A stretch of 64,000 nt of DNA, from NCBI RefSeq assembly GCF_009914755.1, contig NC_060929.1. One strand, 5' to 3'. The notes beneath the pieces were generated by a model that was given only the letters and a program-made list of their open reading frames with translations, was not told where the DNA came from and made no database searches. The first letter of the stretch is position 1. The number at the start of each line of letters is the position of its first letter. The DNA comes from the human T2T-CHM13v2.0 reference genome, Homo sapiens. The position numbers and the translations under genes were made by a program. Below, piece after piece: positions 25,340 to 42,048 of the stretch.

Positions 25340-25847
25340 TCCTCATACACGAAGAATAGAAGAAATGAAATCCTCTTGTCCCGAAAAATTGTAGGATAAG
25401 GAAAGAAGAAAGGCAGAGTAGATGGGGGTGAGAGACATCCCAATCCCTCCTCTGTGGGCTAAAAGATTTGAGGATCTGCTGAGGGAAAGGCCAAAGGCCA
25501 GGAGCGAGCCCTATCCTCAATTGGCATTTTGGTGTTGGGGCTAGGGGATTATTTGTAAATGTCTCCTGATTTGTGGTGGTGGCCACATCAAATTAAATGG
25601 TTGGCTGAGTGGTTTTAGACACAGAAGGGGTGCCTAAGCTTAGCATCCCCCCCCCCACTTTGGTTAACGGGTAGCATAGACACAATCCAGGAAGGACATG
25701 AAATTTAACCGAGGCAGTCACTCTAGGCTGTGCCAGTGGAAAGGGTGTCTTTGCAGTGTAGCTGAAGGATCATACAGGCCATGCAGCAGACTTCCAGTAG
25801 CCAAGAAAAGCAGTGAGCACTGCCAGGCCTGGATCAGCCAAAGAGAC

Positions 25848-27179
<1,332 letters not shown>

Positions 27180-27664
27180 AGACCAAATCACAAATTACAC
27201 CAAGCACTGACTGGTACTGTAACTGGCCAAGGAAGAAGGGACCAGGCTGACTAGGGGGGTTGATGTAGAGGTCAGAGAAGCCAGAGGGCACCACCCAATC
27301 CCAGATCCAAGATCCCCTTCTCCACTGCCCCTCACACAACTACATGCCATCTTAGGGCAGGGGTGGTGGGTGGGAGGAGCTTGGAAAGCCTGGGCATGGT
27401 CCTAGCCTGGTAAGTCCCAGAAGTCTGGCTGTATCTGTCTCCTGCATGATGCAAGCCAGGGGCTCTGCCTTGCAGCCTTCAAAAGAGATAAGTCAATTCA
27501 AGAGAGTTCAGAGTATGGTCTCAGACAGAAAATTACTAGATTGAATTAAAGGGTAAATGTTTTCCCTCTGCTACTAACTGGTGGGTACTTGTGCAAATGA
27601 TCAGAAGAGTTCTACTAAAAAGGTACATTTTCTCTGCCTGTCTGACTGAAGAGTGAGAAATTTA

Positions 27665-27848
27665 CATCCATGCAAGGGCACAGCAAGAAGGCAGCCATCT
27701 GCAAGCTAGGAAGAGGCCCCCTCACTGGTTCCTGGCCATGCCAGCATCCTGATCTTGGACCTCCAGCTTCCAGAACTGTGAGAGACAAATGTCTGTTATC
27801 TAAGGGACCCAATCTATGGTATTTTGTTGTAACAGCCTGAACTAAGAC
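27665..27848 (+). mobile_element. MLT1A-like LTR, 3' part
   Basis: CAGCAAGAAGGCAGCCATCTGCAAG...GATCTTGGACCTCCAGCTTCCAGAACTGTGAG...ACTAAGAC. Confidence 0.8.
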
Positions 27849-28453
27849 CCATTTCTTACTCACGAATTTGTCTAAATCTTTGAAAAAATTCACTGGCATG
27901 ATCACTTAAAGGTAATAGGTTTCCTTAGTTTATTGCCCACATTGTTAAGTAGAAATTTCTTTGTAATAAATTCACCTCTCTCAAACATGTTACCCTTTGT
28001 TACTTTATCAGACAAAAGAAACAAGGAAAAATATGTTTTTATTTTTATGATGCATACTTCTCTTTAAAATGAGATGGTTTGAAAGTAACCTGGCAAATGA
28101 AATAGATGATTTACAAAAAGGCAGAAGTCAATGTTCTTTCTACCTCAGTAAAGAAATGATGTTTTCTGAAAATGGCTGCGTACTCTCTCTCACTGAAATC
28201 CAAAATCCTCTCTCAAGAGTTGAAGTTTGGGGATTGTTGTATCCGTCAATATTTCCTAGCAAGGTTTTTATGCTTTTCTGAGGCATGAGTAGGTGCAGTT
28301 CCTAATGTAGTTCTTCTGGTCCTTCCTTTTCATTGGGGGAATTAAGGTAGTAAGCTCCTTGTCATTCAAGTCTGCCGGATGACTAATACCTTTTAATTGA
28401 GTGGTTGTATATTCAGTATACTTCATGGAGAAGAATGAACTCGAAAACCAAAA

Positions 28454-28840
28454 TGTAGGCATTGGCAGACATTTCTCCATGAGTCTCTTGGCTTTCTGCA
28501 CATCTTGTGAGCAGAAGCACTGAATGACTTTGTTTTGGGCTATCTTTTCAATGATGTTTTATGGCAAACATCCTTGGAAGATAGAGATAGTATTTCCTTC
28601 CAGAACAAAGGCAGCCATGCTTACTGTTCATTGTAAAATATTGGGTTCCTGTAACACCCTACTGAGTGTGCAGGTAGCACTTGGCTCTCATTGCTTTGCT
28701 TTTTGGTAACTGGGGCTTGGAACTGACCTAAGAAAATGTGAATACTCTGGCAACTACTATTGCTGTGAGTAACCCAGTGTTTTGATTCCGGCCCGGGATT
28801 TTTATGTTTTCTGTTAGGATCCACAAGCTGTGGCAAGCTG
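28454..28840 (+). mobile_element. Old ERV1 LTR (MER89/MER90-like)
   Basis: TTTCTCCATGAGTCTC...TTTCTGCACATCTTGTGAGCAGAAGCACTGA...CCTTGGAAGATAGAGATAG. Confidence 0.6.
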
Positions 28841-30213
28841 AGAGTGAAAGAAGAATAGATTGTCAGAGAAAGTTGGCTTGCAGTTATTGAAAAAGGAAGA
28901 AATTGATCCTTAGCAAACAACAGCCAGGTATCTGCCACCATGGCTTACTTTCATATATATTCTCCTTTGCTCCTACTGATTTCCTTGGGTAGCATGCTCT
29001 CCTTGTTCAAGCCCTGGTCTTCACTCAAGGCCCAGGAAATCTCTCCAGCCCATGAATGGTGTGGAACCTCTTGTTATCTCATTTTTAAAAAAATACATTG
29101 CATAAAGTAGGCAATAAATATTTGTTGATTTTGACTGCATTAGGGCTTCTCTGTCCTCTGGCCATGAGCACTTATAACACAGGAAGTATGATATCTGGAA
29201 CTTATTAAAGGGTTTAGCAAATATTAAAATATAATATAAAAAGTCACATTACCTAGAAAAATATATGTTAATATAAACAATGTTTTTAAATACTCATGAC
29301 TGATTTCACACTGATATTGTGGGGAAAAAAATCACTCTCAGTAATATAAAACAGGTATAAAAACCCTTCTTTAGGTAAGGACGTGCTATCTTCTATTCTT
29401 TTCTGGACTTTGGGATCATGCAATAACTTTTTTCTGCATCTAAGAACTTAAAGAATCAATGTGAGAAGAGATGCATACTGAGAAATACTTTTACCTCAAA
29501 TATTTCATTAGAATGATGGCACGTTTGATAAAAAATTGATAAGGAGAATGGTCAGAGGTTATGGTTTCAATATCTAGAGCTAATTTAACTACATGTTTGC
29601 CTCAAGCTGAACTTACTTTCTTTGCAAAAAGAAACTAGGCATGTTCCTGAGTACACAGTGTCATAGGACCAGTGCTACGTGCTGAGATTCTCTCTACAGC
29701 TATTGACCTCATTTGAAAGCATTCCAAACCATCTCTCTTGAAATACAAGAAATTTAAACACTTCTTTTCCATATCCATTACCAAGATTCCTTCAAAACCC
29801 CATCTCTTCCTTTTATTCTCTGGGGTTACTTTATAGACCCCAAAACTTTTAAAGTTTAATCATTCCTTTTAAAGTAATTCTTTGGAAATGGCGTGCAATC
29901 CAGTGGGTACAAATCTTTACTCAAAGGAATTAAATCCAAGGCAGCTGGTTTTGCCATTGGCAGAGATGTGTACACTGGGAAAGGACTGGCAAATTTGTGG
30001 ATCTCTGCGGTGAGAGCAGTTCCTAAGTTCTCATAAGCGTGATCAAGGGAAAAACATAAGCAAATATCAAATAAGATTTTTTTTATAAATGACTTTATTT
30101 TAATAAAGAAACCATGAGGGAAACATTTAAGAGTTTTAATAAACAGAAAAAGTATATCAAAGAATTTTGAACTTGAAGATAAGTGAAAAGATAAATAAAG
30201 AACTGCTATGAAA

Positions 30214-30378
30214 CCTGTGGTTCCCAAAACATTGTTGGAATCACCAGAGGGAAATCCTTAAAAATGACTGAGGCCTGGTTCTCACTCCCATACACTGCAA
30301 TTTAGTTGGCATGGGGTGCCATCTGGGCACTGTGAGTTTCCCAGGTGTTTGTAGTGTGTGAGCAGTTTGGGAACCAAC
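30214..30378. mobile_element. MER5-family hAT MITE
   Basis: GTGGTTCCCAAA...TTTGGGAACCA terminal inverted repeats; internal GGAATCACC. Confidence 0.7.
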
Positions 30379-30447
30379 ATGCCACAGAGTATTACCTCAA
30401 CAAGATGCTTCATGCTCTGCGATGAGTTTTTAAGGACATTAATTACC

Positions 30448-30903
30448 TGTAGTGGGCTGAATGATGGCCCTCAGAAGGATATGTTCACGTTCCATGTTAC
30501 CTTATTTGGGAAAAGTGCCTTTGCAGAGGAGATTAAATTAAGGATCTTGAGATGAGGAGATAATCCTGGGTTGTCTGGGTGGGTCCTAAATCCAATGACA
30601 AACATCCTTTTTAGAGGGAGGCAGATGGAGATTAGAGAGAAAAGGAGAAGGCAATAAGAGCTGTAGGACCAAGAAGGCAGAGATTGGAATGATGGACCCA
30701 CAAGCCGAGCAATCCCCGTAGCCACCCGAAGCTGGAAGAGGCAAGGAGTGGAATCTCTCCTAGAGGCTCTGGAGGGAGTACGGCCCTGCTGACACCTTGA
30801 TTTGTGACTTCTGGCCTCCAGAACTGTGAAGGAATACATTTCCATTGTTTTAAGCCACCTAGTTTGTGGTGATTTCTTATGGAAGCCCTAGGAAACTAAT
30901 ATA
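30448..30903 (+). mobile_element. MLT1C-like solo LTR
   Basis: TGTAGTGGGCTGAATGATGGCCC...CCCTAGGAAACTAATATA; TSD TTACC. Confidence 0.9.
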
Positions 30904-31106
30904 TTACCTAATGCTGCTACAGTAGCAGGGCAGATGCTGATATGAAGGACAAAGCTGATAAATGCTAGCTTCTTGCCACAAATGCATCACAGCCACAGGG
31001 GAGCTTGGTGATTCAGGCCCAAATGTCTCTGCTGTGGGCAGCTGGGCTGGGGCAGGCCATTGTTTGCTAAAGTGAAACCTCCTCTGCCTGCTATATCCTT
31101 TATCTT

Positions 31107-31490
31107 TGTATCATTTAGGACTTCTTCAGTTGCTGTAAAAAAATTCCAACTCATCTCTCTCATACTGGTAAATAGATGATTGACAGAGAGGTCCTAATGG
31201 AATGCTCAGTAGCTTAATTAGGGGATCAAACAATGTAAGTGGGATCGCATTTCTTTCCATCTGTCAGCTCTACTCCCTTCACTTGGGCCCCATTCTCAGG
31301 CAAGCTCATTCCTTGGGGGACAGAGAGCAGCAGCTCCGGATCTTATGTCCTTGAAACTTTAACTGCTCCATCCCAGAAGTATCAGCAAACCTCTCCTGGT
31401 TCTTGACTGGCAGTGACAGGGCTAATTGCGAATTCCTGAACCCATGGCTGTGGTCAGGGGAATATCATATATTGACTGACGTAGGCTAGT
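31107..31490 (-). mobile_element. Old MLT1 (J/K/L-like) LTR fragment
   Basis: TGTATCATTTAGGACTTCTTCAGTTGC start; CATTCTCAGGCAAGCTC; CCTGAACCCATGGCTGTGGTCAGGGGAAT. Confidence 0.6.
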
Positions 31491-32109
31491 GTAAAAAGTG
31501 CCCATACTTAGATATGTGCTGAGATCTCTGAATGTTTGATTTTGTCTCAAAGCTAAATTTTTATGATTAGGGGTTTTGATTCATTGTAATTTATTCTTAC
31601 AGATAGAATACTTGTATTTTAGTCTTGCTGGTTTTAATTAGTATTCAGAAACTGTCTTTTGGGCATTTTTCCTTTTTGTTGTGGAATTTTCCTTGGCCAC
31701 AGGCCCTGCATGGAATGAAATCTGTCCCTGTGTGATGATTAGTTAGATGACAAGCACTGCGTAGTGCCTCAACAAGGCAGAATGGATGCATCTGAATGAC
31801 CATATTGGGGACCACATGGTTTGGCTTCCAGGTACACATATGTGGGCATTTCCTGTAGAAGCTGCTTTTCCTGAATAATGAGCTATTTGAAACTGAAATA
31901 TGCTTACCTCTTGTCATCACTGAGATGTTGACATAAGGGTGTCTTTTATTCCAAGTATTCCAAGTAGTTACATGGAAATAAACCCTCCCTTTCTTTTGAG
32001 TATTTGGCCTGAAAGTCCAGTTTAACAGCCCATTCCTAGACACTGGGGATATATAAGGTATTTCTTAAGTTGCTTTTTTTCCTCCTCCTGCTCTCCCCTT
32101 CCCTTTTAA

Positions 32110-32540
32110 GTTAAAGAAATTGAATTGCTTGCTCTATAGAGTTTTTCATAGTCTGGATATTGCTGATTATATTCCTGTGGTGCTGTTTAACATCCTTTGT
32201 ATTTCCTGTAAATGGGTAATGAGTTCTAGAGTTTAATCAGATTCAGATTCAGATTTGATTTGGGGCTTGGGGGAGGTCTACTTCACAGGTGGTATTTTGT
32301 TCATCCTTTGGGAAACACCCACAGTCTTGTTGTCTCTCTCTCTTTAAACATTAGCTGTCTTTGATGATCAATGCCTATACCTATTAATTCATTAGTAATT
32401 GCAAAATGACATTCCAATTTAATCATAACCCTATATTTTTAATCTATTAAAGTAATGCATGCTTAGACTAATACATAGTCTAAAAAGTCAAATAGTGTAA
32501 TAGAATATACCAAAAAGCAACATTCCTCTGACCCACCCCA
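32110..32540 (-). mobile_element. Old L1MC-type fragment
   Basis: AGTCTGGATATTGCTGATT...TATTTCCTGTAAATGGG...TCTAGAGTTTAATCAGATTCAG. Confidence 0.55.
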
Positions 32541-32549
32541 ATTATTTCC

Positions 32550-32792
32550 TATAACAAACAATTTAGTGAAAACAGTAGCATTATTTTACATCTTTACAAA
32601 TCTTTTAAATGTCTAACTTAATAGAAGGCAGCTGGATTCTCATAGCTTCTCTGCATGTACCCTCTGGAAAACTCCCCTATGTATTAATGAGAATGAAAAA
32701 CACATATAATATTCTGGTATTATTATAAAAATAGTTTTGATCATGTAAATCCCCAGAAGTGTCCTGGGGACTCTATACTTTAAGAACTGCTG
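32550..32792. mobile_element. Charlie1-family hAT terminal fragment
   Basis: CTTAATAGAAGGCAGCTGGATTCTCATA...CTCTGGAAAACTCC...AAAATAGTTTTGA...CTTTAAGAACTGCTG. Confidence 0.7.
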
Positions 32793-33092
32793 CTCCGGAG
32801 AACACATTTTTCTCCTCTTGCTGGTGTAAGACTGGGTTAGTGGTCTGTCTGTGCAAGTTGGGGAAAGGATCTGGGAGCCGAAGTGCTCCTTATGTAGAGG
32901 TTCACCCAGTTTTGTTTCAACCTTCCCCCCTCTTTGCTGTACCCTATCCCTTCACCTTGGTATCTGATGTATTCAATTCCCAAGATGTACTAGAGTTCTA
33001 CAGCATGAATTGCCTTGTTTTTGTTTGCATGCTCTTTTATAAATTCTAAAATTCCAGCTTTTCCCACTCTGCTAAGTAGATGTAGTGATTTT

Positions 33093-33364
<272 letters not shown>

Positions 33365-33367
33365 AGA

Positions 33368-33945
33368 TATAGTGGTTTTAAAACATGTCTGAAAATACTT
33401 TGACTTTTCTTCCAATGAAAGGTGGGGGTCTGTGTTCTCTCTTCTTGAATATGGGCTGATCTCAGTGAGTGATTGACCAATAGAGTATAGCGAAACAATA
33501 ATAAGTGGTGTCCAAAGCTAGATCAGAAAAGATGATGTGCTTTCTGACTGGTTCTCCTGGGACACTCATCTTCTGATACCCGAGGTGCTATGTAAGAAGT
33601 CCTAGGCTGCCATGCCCTGACAAAGGCCTAGACTACATAAAAAGATCACATGCAGGTGTTTCAGGAGACAGACCAAGCTGAGGTTCCGGCCAATAGCTAG
33701 CTAGCATCAACTGCCAGTTGTATGAGTAACAGAGTCTCCAGATAGTTTTAATACCCACAAGTTGTTGAATCACTCCAGTTTTTGAGTCTTCCTAGCTGAA
33801 ACCACCAACATTGTGAAGTGACAAGATGTTCCTGCCATGTCCTTTTCAAATTCCTGACTTCCAGAATCTGTGAATATAAAAAATAGTTGTTTTAAGTTGC
33901 TACGCCCAATGGTAGTTTGTCACACAATCACAGATCGGCAGGGCA
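33368..33945 (+). mobile_element. MLT1G/F-like LTR
   Basis: TAGTGGTTTTAAAACATGTCTGAAAATACTTTGAC...AATTCCTGACTTCCAGAATCTGTGA...GTTGTTTTAAG. Confidence 0.75.
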
Positions 33946-36900
33946 GTCAGTGGTCACTCATTCCTCTGTTCTCCATCTTCTAGAATGCTCTTGTCATTGC
34001 TGGTCCATTGTCTTCTGGTTTCTTGCCCTTTTGTCTTTTTAATTTGTTTAGCCCCTTTGTTCCTTTATTTTAGGGATTTTGACAGGTAGTAGAGAAAATA
34101 CATGCTCACTTTACAGTGTTTCAAAGGGCTGCTTTTCTAAGTGTCTTATATCCCACCGAAGTACATTTGAAGATTGTCTTCATTTTTAATGTAGCATGGT
34201 TTTAAATTGGCATCTCTGTGAGTGGGTATGCCAATGTACACGTGAAACATATTTATTTGACCTTTCTGAGGAGAAGTTAGAAGAATGGGCTCATGAAAAC
34301 AACAGTGTGGGTATTGTCAGCATTGCCCATGGTAGTCCTCTAAAGCTGAGGTGCTCTAGATAAAAACACATGGTTTTCCACACCCTTGGTACTTGGGAAT
34401 GGCGTATTTTTGAGTTATTGTAGAAACAGTTATAGTGCTCAAAATCTCCAACAGGAAGTAATCACTCAATAATGTTAAGTAATTTTGCTTTCTCCATGGA
34501 TCCCCATACCTGTCAGATAACAAAGGATCAAATCAAATCCAGTAGGGTTTGGTGAGCTCTTTCAGAAGGGTGATGTGTGAGAACATCTTCTAAGCAGTGC
34601 TTGAAGGAGATTAGTCTGGAACTGTCTGCTGCCCATCCAAATGAGATTAGGCTGATAGGGCTAATGCATTCTGTTTGATCATATTTCTTTTTTGAAGTTT
34701 AGGAAGAGGTAACACCCAAATGGACCCCATACACAGAAGTATTTAACTTGTTCTAGCCAGTATCCAAGGCACTTCTTTGGCTAAAAATTCCATCAAGATT
34801 TTGCTTTTCTCTAGAACCATTGAGTATACTACTAAGGAACTAGCACTTCTGTATTAAACGAATAATAATGAGATCCTTTGGAAGAAGCTGCAGGCTGCTG
34901 CACATTCCGTGAGACAGGCGAAAAACTGGTGTTCTCTCAAAAGCGCCACCTTCTGGCTGGAGGCCAGCCAACTCAGGACATCACAACAACTCATGACAGA
35001 ACAAGCCTGCTCCAAGGAAGGAGAAAACAACAGCTAATTTCACTGCCTACAACATCCTGGCTAACCAGTGATCCTGAGTCTGTCCATGTGACAACTTCAC
35101 TGCTAGCATAATCAGCATTCAAGAAAGCCAGCACTCTAAACATATCTACAACCAAGGACTCTTACAGAGTCTATTTAACTCCCCTGCCACCTCCACCAGA
35201 GCAGATGCTGGTATCCACAGCAGGGAGAACTGAAGACAGATCACATCACGGGACTTTTTGGGGACACTTCCCAGCACCAGCGTGGAGCCTTGTAGCCCCA
35301 CTGGGTGGCTAGACTCAGAAGAGCAATAACAATCACTGCAGTCCAGCTTCCAGGAAGCCCCATCCGTAGGGGAAGGAGGAGTTCATCACATCAAGGGATC
35401 ACCCTGTGGGACAAAAGAATCTGAACAGCAGCCTATGAGTTCCATATTTTTCCACTGAAATAGTCCACCCAAATAAGAAGGAATCATAAGAGTAATTCTG
35501 GTGGTATGACAAAATGAGGTTCTATAGCACTCCAAAAAGACTCTCCAGCCATGGATCCAAACCAAGGAGAAACTCTGAATTGCCAAATAAAAAAATTTAG
35601 AAGCTTGATTATTAAGCTACTCAAGGAGATACCAGAGAAAGGTGACAACCAACTTAAATAAATTAAAAAAAAAATACAGGATATGGATGAAAAATGCTCC
35701 AGAGAAATAAATATCATAATGAAAAAAAATCACAACTTCTGGAAATGAAAGACACCCATAGAAAAATACAAAATGCCCTGAAAAGTTTCAACAATAGAAT
35801 AAAACAAGTAGAAGAAAGAACTTCAGACCTCAAAGACAAGGCCTTTGACTTAACCCAATCAGATAAAGACAAAGAGAAAAGAATAATAAAAAAATGAACA
35901 AAGCCTCCAAGAAATTTGAGATTATGTTAAATGACCAAACCTAAGATAATTGGTGTTCCTGAAGAAGAAGAGATATCTAAAAGTTTGGAAAACATATTTG
36001 AGGGAATAAGTAAGGAAAACTTCCCCAGCCTAGAGAGCTAGACATCCAAATATAAGATGCTCAAAGAACACCTGGGAAATTTATTGCAAAAAATCATCAC
36101 CCAGGCATATAGTCATCAGGTTATCTAAAGTCAAGACAAAGAAAAGAATCTTAAGAGCTGCGAGGCAAAAGCATCAAGTAACCTATAAGGAAAACCTATC
36201 AGATTAACAGCAGATTTCTCAGCAGAAACGCTATAATACAGAAGGGTTTGGGGTCCTATCTTTAGCCTCAAACAAAATAATTGCCAGCCAAAAATTTTGT
36301 ATCCAGGAGAACTAAGCTTCATAAATGAAGGAGACATAAATCCTTTTTCAGATAAACAAATGCTGAGAGAATTTGGCACTACCAAACCCGCACTACAAGA
36401 AATGCTAAAAGGATTTCAATTTTGGAAACAAGACCTCGAAATACACCAAAATAGAACCTCCTTAAAGTATAAATCTCGCAGGGCCTAAAAAACAATAACA
36501 CAATGAAAAAAAACCAAGGTATTCAGGCAACAACTAGCACAATGGATAAAGTAGTACCTCACATCTCCATACTAACATTGAATGTAAATGGCCTAAATGT
36601 TCCACTTAAAAGATACAGAATGGCAGAATGGATAAAAATCCATCAACCAGTATCTGCTGTCTTCAAGAGACTCACTTAATGCATATGGATTCACATAAAC
36701 TTAAGGTAAAGGGGTAGAAAAATATATTCCAAGCAAATGGAAACCAAAAGAAAGTAGGAATAGTTATTCTTATATCAGACAAAACAGACTTTAAAGCAAC
36801 AGTAATTAAAAAACACAAAGAGGGACATTATGTAATGATAAAAGGACTAACCCAACAGGAAAATATGACAATCCTAAATATTATGTTTGCACCTAACATG

Positions 36901-36980
36901 GGTGCTCCCAAATTTATAAAACAATTATTACTAGACATAAGAAATGAGACAGACAGCAATACAGTAATAATGGGGGACTT

Positions 36981-37273
<293 letters not shown>

Positions 37274-40200
37274 AATAATGAGGAACTTCAATACTCCAGT
37301 AACAGCACTAGACAGGTCCTCAAAACAGAAAAGTCAACAAAGAAAGAGTGGACTTAAACTATACCCTAGAAGAAATGGACTTAACAAATATTTACAGAAT
37401 ATTATATCCAACAGCTGCAGAATATACATTCTTTTCATCAGCACATGGAACTCTTCGAGATAGACCATATGATATGCCACAAAACACGTCTCAATAAATT
37501 TAAGAAAACTGAAATTATATCAAGTACCCTTCCAGACCACAGTGGAATAAAACTGTGTGTTTTATTTCCCGTAAAAGGAACCCTCACGACTATACAAATA
37601 CATGGAAATTAAATAATCTGCTCCTGAATGATCTTTGGGTCAACAATGAAATCGGGATGGAAATTTAAAAATTCTTTGAACTGAACGATAACACTGACAC
37701 AACTGATCAAAACCTCTGGGATACTGCAAAGGCAGTGCTAAGAGGAAAGTTCATAGCCTTAAATGCCTACATCAAAAAGTCTGAAAGAGCACAAATAGAC
37801 AATCTAAGGTCACACGTCAAGGAACTAGAGAAACAAGAACAAACCAAACCGAAACTCAGCAGAAGAAAATAAATAACAAAGATCAGAGCAGAACTCAATG
37901 AAATTGAAACAAACAAACAAAAATAATACGAAAGACAAATGAAACGAAAAGCTGGTTCTTTGAAAAGATAAATAAAATTGATAGACCATTAGCAAGATTA
38001 ACCAAGAAAAAAAGAGAGAAGATCCAAATAAGCACAATTAGAAACAAAACAGGAGATATTACAACTGCTACCACAGAAATACAAACGATCATTAAAGGCT
38101 ACTGTGAACACCTTTACGCACACAAACTAGAAAATCTAGAGGAGATGGGTAAACAATTGTAAACATACAATCATCTTAGATTAAATCAGGAAGAAATAGA
38201 AACTCTGAACAGATGAATAACAAGTAATGAGGTTGAAACAGTAATTTAAAAATTGCCAACAAATCAAGTTCAGGACCAGATGAATTCACAGCTGAATTCT
38301 GCCAGACATCTAAAGAATAATTGGTACCATTATTTCTGAAACTATTGCTAAAGATAGAGAAAGAGGGAATCCAACCGAAATCATTCTATGAAGCCAGTAT
38401 CACCCTAATACCAAAACCAGTAAAGAACATAACAACAACAAAAAAGAAAACTACAGACCAATATCTCTGATGAAAGTAGATGCAAAAATCCTCAACAAAA
38501 TGCAAGCTAGCTGAATCCAACAGTATACCAAAAAGATAATCCACCATGATCAAGTGGGTTTCATACTAGGGATGCAAGGATAGTCTAACACACAAGTCAA
38601 TGAATGTGATACTTCACATAAACAGAATTAAAAACAAAAATCATATGATTATCTCAATAGATGCAGAAAAAGCATTTGACAAAATTCAGCATCCTTTATG
38701 ATTAAAACCCTCAGCAAAATTGGCATAAAAAGGACATACCTCAAGGTAATAAAAGCCATCTATGACAAACCCACAGCCAACATTATACTGAATGGGGAAA
38801 AGTTGAAAGCATTCACCCTGAGAACTGGAACAAGACAAGGATGCCCACTTTCACCACTTCTATTCAACATAGTACTGGAAGTCCTAGCCAGAACAATCAG
38901 ACAAGAGATAGAAATAAAGGGTATCCAAATTGGTAAAGAGGAAGAGGAAGTCAAACTGTTGCTGTTTGCTGATGATGTGATTGTATACCTAGAAGACCCT
39001 AAAGACTTGTCCAAAAACGCTCCTAGATTTGATAAATGAATTCAGTGAAGTTTCAGGATACAAAATCGATGTACACAAATCAGTAGCACTGCTATGCACC
39101 AACAGCGACAAGGCTGAGATTCAAATCAAGAACTCAACCTCTTTTACAATAGCTGCAAAAGATAAAATACTGAGAAATATACTTAACTAAGGAGTTGAAA
39201 GTTCTCTACAAGGAAAATTTATGAACCAGTGCTGAAAGAAATCACAGACAACACAAACAATTGGAAACACATCACATGCTTATGGATAGGTAGAATCAAT
39301 ATTGTGAAAATAGCTATACTGCCAAAAGCAATGTACAAATTCATTGCAATTCCCATCAAAATACCATCATCATTCTTCACAGAACTAGGAAAAAAATCCT
39401 AAAATTCATACGGAACTAGAAAAAAGCCTGCATGGCCAAAGCAAGACTAAGCAAAAAGAACAAGTCTGGAGGCATCACATTAACTAACTTCAAACTGTAC
39501 TACAAGGCTATAGTTACCAAAACAGCATGGTACTGGTATAAAAATAGGGACATAGACCAATGGAACAGAATGGAGAACCCAGAAATAAAGCCATACACTT
39601 ATAGCCAGCTGATCCTTGACAAAGCAAACAATAACATAAACTGGGGAAAGGACACCCTATTCAACAAATGGTGCTGGGATAATTGGCAAGCCACATGTAA
39701 AAGAATGAAGCTGGATTCTCATCTCTCACATTATATAAAAATCAACTCAAGATGGATAAAAAAGGTAAATCTAAAACCTGAAACCATAAAAAGTGTAGAA
39801 AATGACATTAGAAAAACTCTTCTAGATATTGGCTTAGGCAAAGAGTTTATGACCAAGAACCCAAAGCAAATGTGACAAAAACAAAGATAAATAGATGGGA
39901 CCTAATTAAACTAAAAACCTTCTGCACAGGAAAAGAAATAATCAGCAGAGTAAACAGACAACCCACAGAATGGGAGAAAATCTTCATAAACTGTGCATCC
40001 AACAAAGGACTAATATCCAGAATCTACAAGGAACTCAATCAGCAAGAAAAAACAAATAATCCCATCAAAAAGGGGCAAAGGACACGAATAGGCAGTTCTC
40101 AAAAGAAGATATACAAAAGGCCAGGAAACATGAAAAAATGCTCAATATCACTAATTTTTATGGAAATGCCCATCAAAACCATGGGATAACAACCTCTCTG

Positions 40201-40519
40201 GCAAGAATGGCCACAATTTAATCATCTAAAATAACAAATGTTGCTGTGGATGTAGTGAAAAGGGAACACATTTACACTGCTGGTGGGAATGTAAACTAGT
40301 ACAACCACTATAGAAAATGGTATAGAGATTCCTCAAAGAACTAAAAGTAGAACTATCATTTGATCCAGCAATCCCACTGCTGGGCATCTACCCAGAGGAA
40401 AAGAAGCCATTCTATGAAAATGACATTTGCATGTGCATATTTATAGCAGCACAATTTGCAATTGCAAAAATATGGAACCAGCCTAAATGTCCATCAACTA
40501 AAAAGTAGATAAAGGAAAT

Positions 40520-40521
<2 letters not shown>

Positions 40522-40565
<44 letters not shown>
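40522..40565. repeat. (AC)n microsatellite
   Basis: About 22 uninterrupted AC units within the L1PB 3' region. Confidence 0.97.
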
Positions 40566-40569
<4 letters not shown>

Positions 40570-41423
40570 CATGGAATACTACTCAGCCATAAAAAGGAAT
40601 GAAGTAATGTCATACACGCCAACCTGGATGGAGTTGGAGACCATTTTTCTAAGTGAAGTAACTCAGGAATGGAAAACTAAACAGCTTATGTTCTCACTTA
40701 TAAGCGATAGTTAAGCTATGAGAATGCCAAGCCATAAACATAATATAATGGACTTTGGGGACTCGAGGGGAAAGGGTGGGAGGTGAGTGAGGGATAAAAG
40801 ACTGCACATTGGGTACAGTGTACACTGCTTGGGTGATGGGTGCACAAAAATCTCAGAAATCACCACTGAAGAACTTATCCATGTAAACAAACACCACTTG
40901 TTTTCCCAAAACTATGTAAATACAAATAAAAATTAAAAATTAAAAGAAAATAACAATGATGTAACACAAACCAATCTGAAGTGTGAATAGAGAAAACCCA
41001 CAAAAGAGAAGGGTGGGTATTATCTAAGTCGGCCACATTCTTTCTCTTAGAGGGCTCTTTTACTTTTGAGATGCCACTATTTCTGTGCACAAGGGCCCTC
41101 TGCCAGGAATGTCTTCCTGTGACCCCCACTTGACAGCAGAGTAAATGCTTACTTCTCATAACCCAGATCTAACAGCTCTTTTTGAAGACTTCCCAGTTTA
41201 GCCACACCATTACCTTATTATCCTCTTTCTCGGAAGAACTGGTCAGTTACTTTCATTGTTGATGATATGGGTATGGTTTTTAAAGATCCTATATTTGAAA
41301 CATTATAACTTTATTTTTTAAAACTGAATTTAATACTTGGGCTCCATTCAGTTAATTCTGATTTGCCCCACTTTTTTTTTTTTTTTTTTTTCCAAGGAGG
41401 TTTCATATAAATTCTGAGGAATT

Positions 41424-42048
<625 letters not shown>

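Noticed and set aside
31732-31795. C/D-box snoRNA-like spacing (GTGATGA...CTGA) with two small hairpins
   Set aside because: No clear terminal stem, and no rRNA or snRNA antisense element that I can identify; these short boxes occur often by chance.
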